Below, one piece after another: positions 9,970 to 18,839 of a stretch of DNA of 64,000 bases; the stretch's first letter is position 1; every line of letters starts with the position of its first letter. Under the pieces are notes generated by a model, which saw nothing but the letters and a program-made list of their open reading frames with translations, was not told the DNA's origin and ran no database searches. Location: the NCBI GenBank assembly GCA_965243315.1, contig CBDEUP010000007.1:1833668-1897667 (forward strand), in the 5' to 3' direction. The DNA is from Alphaproteobacteria bacterium (GTDB lineage Bacteria; Pseudomonadota; Alphaproteobacteria; UBA828). Made by a program: the position numbers and the translations under genes.

Positions 9970-12900
9970 TGGTCGCCTCGATCGGCGCGGTCGCCTCGCC
10001 CGCCCAGGGGATCAGCTACTACGAGAAGGACTCCTACTACGCCAGGGATTCCGACGAGCACAAGGCAGCGAGCGCTTGGGCGGGCAAGGGGGCAGCGGAA
10101 CTCGGGCTCGAAGGCCCGGTGGACCCGGAGACCTTCCGCGCGGTGCTGGAGGGCGAGGTCCCGGACGGCTCGGGCAAGCGTATCGGCAAGCGCGGCAGGG
10201 AGGGCGAGATCCATCACCGCCCCGGCCGCGACCTGACCTTCAGCGCGCCCAAATCCGTGTCCCTGGCTGCGCTGGTCGGCGGCGACGAACGCATCGTCGG
10301 GGCGCACGACCGCGCGGTGGCGGGCGCGCTCGACTGGTTCGAGCGGAACGCCGCCGAGACCCGGATGCACGATCCCCAGGCTGGGCGCATGGTCCGTGCC
10401 GGCGGCCAGAAGACGGTGGTGGCCACCTTCCGGCATGACACGTCGCGGAACCTCGATCCCGCGCTGCACACCCATTCGGTGATCGCCAACATGCTGCTCG
10501 GCCCGGACGGAAAATGGCGCACCATGGCCAACGAGCGGCTCTACGGCTCGAAGATGGCGCTGGGGGCGCTCTACCGCAACGCGCTGGCGGGCGAGCTCGC
10601 GCGGCTCGGCTATTCCATAGAGAAGACCCACGCCGACGGCCGGTTCGAGATTGCCGGGGTCTCGCGCGAGATTGTGGAGGCGTTCTCGACGAGACGCGCC
10701 GAGATAGAGGCGGCGATGGAGGGCCGGGGCCTCGGCACGACGGGGGAGAACCCGCATCTCGCGCGGCGGGCGGCGCTGATGACGCGCGCGGCCAAGCGCG
10801 AGGTCGACCGCGACGCGCTGAGGGAGACCTGGGAGAAGCAGGCCGCCGCCCTCGGCTTCGATGCGAAAAGGCTGGTCGCCGAGGCGATGGAACGCCACGG
10901 GGCCGAGAAGGCGCGCGAGGCAGAACCAGGCAAGGACGGTCCCCCGGCACCGCCGCGCCAGCCGGACCTGTTCGAGCATGCCGCGAAAGCCGACCCCGCG
11001 CGCGCTGCGGTGGACTGGGCTCTGGCCCATCTCTCGGAGCGCGACGCGGTGTTCTCCACCACCGACCTGCTCGCGGCCGCGCTCGCCTTCGAGCCCGGCA
11101 CGGCCTCCATTGGCGATATCGAGCGCGCCGTGGACGGCCTCAAGCGCGAGGGCCGGCTGCACGATGCGCCTGCATTGGAGGGCGGCGGCGGATTGACCAC
11201 CGACAAGGCGCTGGCCGAGGAGCGCGAGACGGTCGCGCTGATGCGCGCCGGCGAGCGGCGCGGCAAGGCGCCGATGCGCGGCTGGATGGTGGAGCGGCAC
11301 CTGCGCAAGGGTCCGCTCACCGCCGGGCAGAAGCAGGCGGTGAAGCTGATCCTCTCCGAGAAAGACAGAACGGTGGGCGTCCAGGGCTACGCCGGCACGG
11401 GGAAGACGAAGATGCTCGCGCGCGCGAGAACGCTCGCGGAGAAGAAGGGCTGGCGCATGGTGGGCTTGGCGCCCTCGGCCTCGGCGGCGAACACGCTCAA
11501 CTCCGAATCCGGCATCGCCTCGGAGACGCTGCAACGCTTCCTCGCCCGCAACGCGGGCGTCGCCGAGGGCCGGCTGACGAAGAAAGGCGCGAAGGAAATG
11601 CGCAGCCGCTTCGCCAAGACGGTGCTGGTGGTCGACGAGGGCTCGCTCGCTTCCACCGTCCAGGCGCGCGACCTGCTGCGGATCGCCGGTGTGCTGCGTG
11701 TCCCGAAGCTGGTGCTGGTGGGCGATGCGAAGCAGCTCGACGCGGTGGACGCCGGCAAGCCCTTCGCCCAGCTCCAGGCTGCCGGCATGAAGACGGCGGT
11801 GATGGACGAGATCCTGCGCCAGCGCGACCCGGACCTGAAGGCGGCCGTCGGGGCGAGCCTCGCGGGCGAGATCGGCAAGGCGTTCGACAGGCTCGGCGAC
11901 AACGTGGCCGAAGTGAAGGCGGACAATATCGCCGGCGCGGTCGCCGCGCGCTGGCTCAAGCTCTCGCAGGATGAGCGCGAGCGCACCGGGGTGATGGCGC
12001 CGAGCCACGCGCTGCGCGAGGGGATCAACGGCCATATCCGCGAGCGCCTGGTGCGCGAGGGCCGCATCGCGGGTCCCGCCCTGGAGACCCAGCGGCTGGT
12101 CTCGAAGGGCTATACCAACGCGGAGAAGTCGCTCGCGGCCAACTACGCGGCTGGCGACGTGGTCGCCTTCCACCGCGCCTACAAGCGCATCGGCGTCGCC
12201 AAGGGCGAGGAACGCCGGGTCGCCGGCGTCGGCCGCCGGAAGAGGACCGTCCTGCTCGAAGCGCCGGGCGGCGGGACCGTCGCCTGGAAGCCGTCCGAGA
12301 TCGGCGGGCGGCAGGGGGGAACGGAGGTCTACCGCCGCGAGAGCATCGAGCTTCGCGCGGGCGACCGCATTCGCTGGACCCGCAACGACAAGGGTCTCGG
12401 GCTGGTCAACAGCGGCGCAGCCGAAGTCATGGGCATCCGCAACGGCCGCGTGACGTTCCTCCTGGAGGACGGGCGCCGGCTCACGCTCACCCCGGGCGAC
12501 CCGCAACTGCGCCATCTCGACCGCGCCTGGTGCTCGACCGTGCACGCGTTCCAGGGCCGCACCGTCGATAATGTCATTGCCGCGATGGAGGCGAATCATC
12601 CGGCGCTGACGACGCAGAAAGCCCTCTATGTCGAGATCAGCCGCGCCCGCGACCGGGCGGAGCTGGTGACCGACGACGCGCAGGCGCTCAAGGAACGGCT
12701 CGAAGCGGTCACCGGCGAGCGGATCTCGGCGCTCGAAGGCGTCGGCGAGGACGTGCGCGAGCGAGCCGAACGCGGCCGGGAAACCGCGCCGGAAGCGAAG
12801 GAACGCGAGCGCGACCGGGCCGAAGACCCTTCCACGAAGCGGATCGAAACCGCGCACGAGCGGGACGAAAAGGCCGCGCGGGAGAAGGCCGCGCCGGCCG

Positions 12901-13016
12901 GGGACAGGGCCGCGCCCTCGTCGCCGGAGCGGAACCTCGGCCGCGAGGCGCCGCAGCGCAAGGCGCCCGAGCCGCCGGCGAAGGCGAGGGTGCGCGAGTA
13001 CGATCTCGGCATGTAG
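9969..13016 (+). CDS. traA: MobF-family conjugative relaxase/helicase (TrwC/TraA-type)
   Basis: 1015 aa; N-terminal TrwC relaxase with tyrosine pair ISYYEKDSYYA and histidine triad ...DPALHTHSVIANM; central helicase with Walker A GYAGTGKT and C-terminal UvrD-like STVHAFQGRTVD. Confidence 0.92.
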   Translation: MVASIGAVASPAQGISYYEKDSYYARDSDEHKAASAWAGKGAAELGLEGPVDPETFRAVLEGEVPDGSGKRIGKRGREGEIHHRPGRDLTFSAPKSVSLAALVGGDERIVGAHDRAVAGALDWFERNAAETRMHDPQAGRMVRAGGQKTVVATFRHDTSRNLDPALHTHSVIANMLLGPDGKWRTMANERLYGSKMALGALYRNALAGELARLGYSIEKTHADGRFEIAGVSREIVEAFSTRRAEIEAAMEGRGLGTTGENPHLARRAALMTRAAKREVDRDALRETWEKQAAALGFDAKRLVAEAMERHGAEKAREAEPGKDGPPAPPRQPDLFEHAAKADPARAAVDWALAHLSERDAVFSTTDLLAAALAFEPGTASIGDIERAVDGLKREGRLHDAPALEGGGGLTTDKALAEERETVALMRAGERRGKAPMRGWMVERHLRKGPLTAGQKQAVKLILSEKDRTVGVQGYAGTGKTKMLARARTLAEKKGWRMVGLAPSASAANTLNSESGIASETLQRFLARNAGVAEGRLTKKGAKEMRSRFAKTVLVVDEGSLASTVQARDLLRIAGVLRVPKLVLVGDAKQLDAVDAGKPFAQLQAAGMKTAVMDEILRQRDPDLKAAVGASLAGEIGKAFDRLGDNVAEVKADNIAGAVAARWLKLSQDERERTGVMAPSHALREGINGHIRERLVREGRIAGPALETQRLVSKGYTNAEKSLAANYAAGDVVAFHRAYKRIGVAKGEERRVAGVGRRKRTVLLEAPGGGTVAWKPSEIGGRQGGTEVYRRESIELRAGDRIRWTRNDKGLGLVNSGAAEVMGIRNGRVTFLLEDGRRLTLTPGDPQLRHLDRAWCSTVHAFQGRTVDNVIAAMEANHPALTTQKALYVEISRARDRAELVTDDAQALKERLEAVTGERISALEGVGEDVRERAERGRETAPEAKERERDRAEDPSTKRIETAHERDEKAAREKAAPAGDRAAPSSPERNLGREAPQRKAPEPPAKARVREYDLGM

Positions 13017-13059
13017 ACCGAATCCCTAGTCGGCTCCTTGTAACCAACCGCGCTTTTGT

Positions 13060-13087
13060 TTGCGAATTGGCCCCGTTTCGATAATAT
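13060..13087 (+). promoter_or_regulatory. candidate sigma70-type promoter for fic (TTGCGA - 16 nt - TAATAT)
   Basis: AT-richer stretch 50-75 nt upstream of the fic ATG with near-consensus hexamers; flanked by GTTTCG direct repeats. Confidence 0.35.
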
Positions 13088-13135
13088 CGTCATGGCTTGT
13101 TTTCGTTTCGCAAATAGAGGACGCCACGCCGCACC

Positions 13136-14335
13136 ATGGCCGGGTCCGACAAGAATCGTAAGCCCCACGGTCGCACAATCCGCTGCGCCGGCGGCTACCG
13201 GGCGTTCCTTCCGGCCCCGCTTCCGCCGCCGATCGGGTGGAACGATACGCTGGCCATGGCTCTTTCAAGCGCGGACCTCGCAGTCGGACGCCTCGCCGGA
13301 GAGGGAAGCCGGTTTCCAAACCCGCATCTCTTTATCCGCTCCTTCGTGCGCCGGGAAGCGGTATTGTCGAGCCGGATCGAGGGGACGCGGACGACGCTTG
13401 CCGAATTGCTCGCCGCCGAAGCCGGTGCGAAGGACGCGGCGGACAGCGCCGACTTGCGCGAAGTGGCGAACTACGTTGCCGCGCTCGAATACGGGCTCGA
13501 CCGTCTCGACACCTTGTCGTTGTCGCTGAGGCTGATCCGCGAGATTCACGGGCGGCTCATGCGCGGGGTGCGGGGCGATTCGGCGACGCCGGGAGAGTTC
13601 CGCCGCAGTCAGAACTGGATCGGCCCGCCCGGCTGCACGCTGGACGACGCGAGCTACGTGCCGCCCCCGCCCGACGAGTTGATGGACTGCCTCGACGCCC
13701 TGGAGCGGTTTCTTCACGACGACAGCCTTCCGGTGCTGGTGCATGCGGCGCTCGCGCACGCGCAATTTGAGGCGATCCATCCGTTTCTCGACGGCAACGG
13801 CCGGGTCGGCCGGCTGTTGATCACGCTGCTGCTGGCCGAGCGCGGCATCCTGCCCTCGCCGCTGCTCTATCTGAGCGCGTATTTCGAGGAGACCCGCGAA
13901 GATTACTATGCGCATTTGCTCGCGATTACGGAGGCGGGCGCGTGGGAAGACTGGCTCGTCTACTTCCTGCGCGGTGTCCGGTTGCAGGCGGACGACGCCC
14001 TCGCGCGCATCGAACACCTCGACACTTTGCACGAGTCCTGGCGCGACGATCTCGGCGACGCGCTGTCGCCTCGGCTCAACGAGGTCCTGAGCCTGTTCGT
14101 GGAAAGCCCGTTCTGGACCGTCGGCGAGATCGGCAAGACGCTCGGTATTGCCTATACCACCGCGCGGCGCGCGGTCGACCGGCTGGAAGAGGCCGGTATC
14201 GTGTCGCCGTCCGGGCCGTCGAGACGCAACCGGGTCTACTGCGCGCGCGCCGCTCTGGAGGCGCTCAGCGATCCGCTGCAACTGGCAGAGCCCTCCGGTC
14301 CCGGTGCTCGCGCAGGATCGCCGGACGGTCCTTGA
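13136..14335 (+). CDS. Fic/Doc family protein (class II Fic, putative AMP-transferase) with C-terminal winged-helix domain
   Basis: 399 aa; Fic active-site motif HPFLDGNGRVGR; N-terminal inhibitory-helix motif SSRIEG ([S/T]xxxE[G/N]); conserved N-terminus YRAFLPAPLPPP. Confidence 0.9.
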   Translation: MAGSDKNRKPHGRTIRCAGGYRAFLPAPLPPPIGWNDTLAMALSSADLAVGRLAGEGSRFPNPHLFIRSFVRREAVLSSRIEGTRTTLAELLAAEAGAKDAADSADLREVANYVAALEYGLDRLDTLSLSLRLIREIHGRLMRGVRGDSATPGEFRRSQNWIGPPGCTLDDASYVPPPPDELMDCLDALERFLHDDSLPVLVHAALAHAQFEAIHPFLDGNGRVGRLLITLLLAERGILPSPLLYLSAYFEETREDYYAHLLAITEAGAWEDWLVYFLRGVRLQADDALARIEHLDTLHESWRDDLGDALSPRLNEVLSLFVESPFWTVGEIGKTLGIAYTTARRAVDRLEEAGIVSPSGPSRRNRVYCARAALEALSDPLQLAEPSGPGARAGSPDGP

Positions 14336-14487
14336 GGCCACGATCGTCGGGAACCCGGCCCGCAGCGTTCCCGGCATGGAGAAATTCGGGGCTGAAGATC
14401 AGGCAACAGCGGCGCTTCTCGAACCGGACGGTCACCGCCTCCCGTTCGGAACCGGAGCAAGAGTCGCGATGCGTCCGCCCAAATCTC

Positions 14488-14874
14488 TCACGCCGTTTCT
14501 TCGCCGAGGGCCTCCGCCATCGCCTTGCGCCCGTCTTCGAGGATGCTGTTGAGCTGCTTGTTGCGCTTTGCGCCGAGCAGTTCCTCCTGGCGGAGCGTGG
14601 TCAGCAGGTAGACGCCGCGGTAGATGTCTTCGATCAGCGCGATGTGACCGGGCGACATCGGCGCCGCATCGGGGCGCTGGACCCGCTCCTCGGCGGCGGC
14701 GAGCATCACGGCGCGAACGAATTGTCCGGCCGGTATCCCCTGGCGCAGGGCCGCGTCCTCGACCAGTTGCCACTCGGAATCGGAGAAACGGATCGAGCGC
14801 GCGCGGCGCGGATCGCCCGCGCGGGCGTCGAACTCGTTCGATGTCGAGCGAGACTTTCGAGGGTTTCGGGCCAC
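14488..14874 (-). CDS. ribbon-helix-helix (CopG/MobC/TrwA-like) DNA-binding protein, putative relaxosome accessory or regulator
   Basis: 128 aa (GTG start); segment RARSIRFSDSEWQLVEDAALRQGIPAGQFVRAVMLAAA is a typical RHH beta-strand plus two helices. Confidence 0.5.
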   Translation of the reverse strand: MARNPRKSRSTSNEFDARAGDPRRARSIRFSDSEWQLVEDAALRQGIPAGQFVRAVMLAAAEERVQRPDAAPMSPGHIALIEDIYRGVYLLTTLRQEELLGAKRNKQLNSILEDGRKAMAEALGEETA

Positions 14875-15145
14875 GTCGCTGCTCCTTCTCGGCCTCGCCG
14901 GCGTCGGTTGCGGGTCGAAAACGCTTCCGCAACCCGGCCCGCCCGGCCCGCTCCCGGCCCAAACTTGCTCGCCTCGGCAAGGTTGTCGCGGCGCTCCGCC
15001 ACCTACCGGCTAACGGTATCGGCGAACGCCTGAAGGTCGTCGCGAGCAAGGCCGCACGGCGCTCGCGGCGGGCCGGTACGACCGATTCCGGCGCACACAA
15101 TCCGTGTTTACAGCGTATTACATCGTCATACGCAAGGCAATTGGG

Positions 15146-15165
15146 CGATACGCGATCGTGTATCG
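15146..15165. promoter_or_regulatory. near-perfect 20 bp palindrome CGATACGCGATCGTGTATCG in a ~1 kb noncoding region upstream of the RHH gene (candidate operator or oriT inverted repeat)
   Basis: 18/20 self-complementary; preceded by a relatively AT-rich stretch (GTTTACAGCGTATTACATCGTCATACGC); no credible ORF between 14875 and 15890. Confidence 0.3.
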
Positions 15166-15178
15166 GTCGGGGACAGGA

Positions 15179-15216
15179 GGGGCCTTGAGATGCCCCGAGA
15201 CGACAAAATTGCGGAG
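15179..15216. repeat. copy C of the repeated element (GGGGCCTTGAGATGCCCCGAGACGACAAAATTGCGGAG)
   Basis: Shares the GG(G/T)CCTTGAG(A/G)(C/T)GCC core with copies A and B. Confidence 0.35.
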
Positions 15217-15891
15217 AACCGGCGTATGCTCCGGAGAAGCACGCTCGCTCCGCAATCCTGCTGTCGTCTCCTGTCCTCTCACGGCCTCTCAAGGGCACTG
15301 GAGGGCACGTCTGTCCCCCAATGGCGGGCCTTGCAGCGGGCTGCGTCCGGTGTGAGAACGACGCGCCGAAGGGCGTCCTGATCCTGCTTCCTTGACGCCC
15401 AAGCACTCGGGACATGGAAGCCGTTTTGTAACCGGCATTTAGCCCGAGCGGCGCTTGAGCGGCAGCGCCCGCCGCGCATGAGAGAGAACGGTCTACGAAC
15501 CGCCGCGCGGCATCCGACCGGTAGTGTAGGAAGCACGAGACGGCGAAGCAATTGCAAACCGACCCGCGCACTGGCCGGGTCATTCGTGCGGCCCGCGCTG
15601 TCGGCGACGGCGCGCACGATGCCCGGCGCGAAGTCGTGCCCGCTACGGCATCCGACCGTCGGTCCCTTCTCGCATTGTGCGGCGAACCGCGTGCGGCTAT
15701 CGGTGCGGCCATGCGATCATCGTCGCGCTTCAATGCTCAACGGTCGCCCGCGCCCAAGCCGCCGCAGTCGAGCTTGCGCGTCGCACGGGGCGACCGCATG
15801 GTGACGGGAACGGGAGGCGAGCGAGGAGACATGCGCCGATGAACAATGCCGCGTCATCAGAACGCGCGACCGGTCGGCACTGCCGATCGGT

Positions 15892-16922
15892 GTGCTCGTC
15901 GTCACGGTCGGCGCGATGACTCCGGGCGCGTTCATCGCCAAGTGGCGGGCGTCGGAGTTGAAGGAAAGCTCGGCGTCGCACGAACACTTCATCGACCTGT
16001 GCCGCCTGCTCGGCGAGCCGACGCCGGCGGAGGCCGACCCGGCGGGCGAGCGGTACTGCTTCGAGCGTGGCGCGCGGAAGGACACCGGCGGCGACGGCTG
16101 GGCCGACGTATGGAAGCGCGGCTTCTTCGCATGGGAGTACAAGGGCAAACGCGCGGACCTCGACGCGGCGTTCAATCAACTGCGGCAGTACGCGCTCGCG
16201 CTGGAGAATCCGCCGCTGCTGATCGTCTCGGACATGGCGCGGTTCCGCGTCCGCACCAACTGGACGAACAGCGTGAGCGTGACGCACGAGTTCACGCTCG
16301 ACGACCTCGCCGACGGCGCGACCCGCGACAAGCTCAAGTGGGCGATGTCGGACCCGGAGCGGCTGCGGCCCGGCGAGACGCGGCAGACGGTGACGGAGCG
16401 CGCGGCGGCAACCTTCGCGGAGCTTGCCCAAGGGTTGCGGGATCGGGGCCACGACCCGCAGACGGTGGCGCACTTCGTCAACCGTCTGGTGTTCTGCATG
16501 TTCGCCGAGGATGTCGGCCTGCTGCCCGGCGACATGTTCACCCGGATGCTGGAACAGGCATGCAGGCGGCCGGACGAGTTCGCTGAGCTTGCCCGCGACC
16601 TGTTCGGGGCAATGTCTGTCGGAGGCCGCGTCGGATTCGAGTCCGTGGCCTGGTTCAACGGCGGGCTGTTTGACGACGACACGGCGTTGCCGCTCGACCG
16701 GCAAGGAATCGAGACGGCGCTCAAGGCGGCGGCGCTCGACTGGTCGGAGATCGACCCGTCAATCCTCGGCACACTGTTCGAGCGCGGCCTCGACCCGGAC
16801 AAGCGTTCGCAGTTGGGCGCGCACTACACCGACCGCGACAAGATCATGCGGATCGTCGAGCCGGTGATCGTTCGGCCCCTGCTCGCGGAATGGGAGACGG
16901 CGAAGGCCGGGATCGCGGCTAC
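15892..16922 (+). CDS. MmeI-family type IIL restriction-modification enzyme, exon 1 (N-terminal PD-(D/E)XK endonuclease domain and linker)
   Basis: N-terminal FIAKWRASELKESSASHEHFIDLCRLLGEPTP...DVWKRGFFAWEYKGKRADLDAAFNQLRQYALALENPPLLIVSDMARFRV parallels the MmeI nuclease domain; LFERGLDPDKRSQLGAHYTDRDKIMRIVEPVI is the MmeI/PglX-family helical motif. The reading frame is interrupted after ...ETAKAGIAAT (codon AC|) by a group II intron starting GTGCG at 16923. Confidence 0.75.
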
Positions 16923-18839
16923 GTGCGCCAGGCTAACTGGTGACAGTGCAGCCGGTGAAAGTCCGGCAGGAGGGAGAAGATTAGCCATCACCTTCACCCC
17001 GAGTCATGGGCCGTCATCCGCGAGGATGGAGGTTAAGCGTTGACAGGGGCGCGTGCGGGCAGGGCTATTGAGCACCGAAAGAGATTTGGTCCGGGATGCC
17101 GAGGTCTTGTAGTCAACCGAAGGCAGCATCCGACCCACCGATTTGGCGAGGGGGGTCGGAATCCCGCGGTGTCGAAGAACCCACGCACGTACGTACGCAC
17201 TGCACCGGGACCTGGGAGGTCTCCATGCCATCCCGCTGTCGTGGCGGGATCGCAAAGGAAAGGAGGAATCCGCAACCGATGATGAACGGCATGGAGAAGT
17301 CAGACTCGGCCATAGTAGCCGCGAAGCCGGCGAACAATGGGGCGCCAGCCCCGGCGGAGCCGGTGGAGCCAAGGGCCGAGCCCAAGGGGAATCCGGGAAG
17401 CCAAAGCACGTGCCGGACGCAGGACCGGGAAAGCGTGACACAGGCGGCGGACCGGATACGGCAATTTGTACAACGGGAGCCACGGGTACGTCTCACGACG
17501 CTCCTTCACCACATCACGGTCGATGCGCTGCGCTGGGCGTTCTTCGAGTTGAAGAAGGACGCTGCGGCAGGCGCGGATGGCACAACGTGGCGGATGTACG
17601 AGGAAGGGCTGGAAGGCCGGCTGGCCGACCTGCACGACCGAGTACATTCGGGGGCGTACCGAGCGAGGCCATCACGGCGGGTGAACATACCGAAGCCGGA
17701 TGGCGGGACACGACCGCTCGGCGTCGCGGCCATAGAGGACAAGATAGTCCAGAAGGCGGTGGCGGAGATTATCCTGACGCCGATTTACGAGGCGGAGTTC
17801 CTGGGGTTCAGCTACGGGTTCCGGCCCGGGCGTGGAGCGCATGACGCGCTCGATGCGCTCGCGGTCGGCATTCAACGGCGCAAGATCAACTGGGTGGTGG
17901 ACGTTGACGTCCGCGCATTCTTCGACACGGTTTCGAGGGACTGGCTGGTCCGGTTCCTTGAGCACCGCATCGGGGACAAGCGGGTTATCAGGCTCATCAT
18001 CAAATGGTTGAACGCCGGCGTCATGGAAGCTGGAGAGTGGCGGGACAATCTGCGGGGAACGCCTCAAGGGTCGGTGGCTTCACCGATTCTGGCGAACGTC
18101 TACCTGCACTACGTCCTCGACCTGTGGTTCCAGAAGAAGTGGCGCAACCACGAAGTCGGAGGCGACACAATCATCGTGCGGTACGCGGATGATTTCGTGG
18201 TGGGTTTTCAGCACAAGCGGGATGCGGAGCGATTCCTGAATGCCATAAAGGAGCGGCTTGGAAACTTCGGCCTGGACATACACCCTGACAAGACCCGGCT
18301 CATTGAGTTCGGGCGGTTCGCCCATGGAAACCGTCGGCAACGAGGGCTGGGCAGACCGGAGACCTTCGACTTTCTGGGCTTCACGCACTACTGCACGGAG
18401 ACCAGACGGGGGTGCTTCATGTTGGGGCGCAAGCCGGTTGCCAAGCGGATGAGTCGCACCCTGAAACGGCTCAAGGAAGCGCTACGCAGGCGTATGCACA
18501 GCGACATGATTGGCACGGCAAGATGGCTAGGGAAGGTGGTCTCAGGCTGGCTGAACTACTTTGCGGTTCCGACCAGCCACCGCTATCTGCGCCGCTTCGT
18601 CGAACGCCTAAAGTGGCTGTGGTGCAGGAATGTGCGCCGCAGGTCGCAAAAGGACCGCTACAGTCTGGACCGTATCGCAGCGTTAGCACGGCAATACTGG
18701 CCCAAGCTGAAAATTCGACACCCATGGCCGGACCAGCGACTTGCCGTCAATTGAACCCAAGGGAGGAGCCGGATGCCCTAGCGGGCACGTCCGGATCTGC
18801 GCGGGGGGCGTGTGGGACAACCCGCGTTCCTACCGCAAT
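16923..18839 (+). mobile_element. group II intron (about 1.9 kb) inserted in the RM gene
   Basis: 5' end GTGCGCC; IEP ORF in domain IV; domain V GAGCCGGATGCCCTAGCGGGCACGTCCGGATCT (18766-18798) matches the GAGCCGTATG...CACGTACGGTTC consensus with compensatory changes; a ~40 nt domain VI then ends ...CGCAAT (AU). Removing 16923-18839 joins AC+C and restores the downstream MTase frame. Confidence 0.8.
17279..18754 (+). CDS. group II intron-encoded protein (reverse transcriptase/maturase; no HNH endonuclease domain seen)
   Basis: SD AGGAGGA 10 nt upstream of ATGATG; RT blocks TTLLHHITVDALRWAFFELKKDAAAGADGTTW, IPKPDGGTRPLGVAAIEDKIVQKAV, FLGFSYGFRPGRGAHDAL, IVRYADDFVVGF (YADD); C-terminal domain X WLNYFAVPTSHRYLRRF. 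The ORF track starts the frame earlier at 17096. Confidence 0.85.
   Translation: MMNGMEKSDSAIVAAKPANNGAPAPAEPVEPRAEPKGNPGSQSTCRTQDRESVTQAADRIRQFVQREPRVRLTTLLHHITVDALRWAFFELKKDAAAGADGTTWRMYEEGLEGRLADLHDRVHSGAYRARPSRRVNIPKPDGGTRPLGVAAIEDKIVQKAVAEIILTPIYEAEFLGFSYGFRPGRGAHDALDALAVGIQRRKINWVVDVDVRAFFDTVSRDWLVRFLEHRIGDKRVIRLIIKWLNAGVMEAGEWRDNLRGTPQGSVASPILANVYLHYVLDLWFQKKWRNHEVGGDTIIVRYADDFVVGFQHKRDAERFLNAIKERLGNFGLDIHPDKTRLIEFGRFAHGNRRQRGLGRPETFDFLGFTHYCTETRRGCFMLGRKPVAKRMSRTLKRLKEALRRRMHSDMIGTARWLGKVVSGWLNYFAVPTSHRYLRRFVERLKWLWCRNVRRRSQKDRYSLDRIAALARQYWPKLKIRHPWPDQRLAVN

Noticed and set aside
9546-12857. 1103-aa minus-strand ORF and several 200-490 aa + ORFs (10240..10950 -, 10514..11974 +) overlapping traA
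   Set aside because: All are Arg/Gly/Pro/Ala-rich antisense or off-frame readings; traA frame carries the relaxase and helicase motifs.
14432-15733. 433-aa minus ORF and 206-aa + ORF (14568..15188) in the region upstream of the RHH gene
   Set aside because: Ser/Arg/Pro-rich, no start context, overlap each other; region treated as noncoding (candidate oriT/regulatory).
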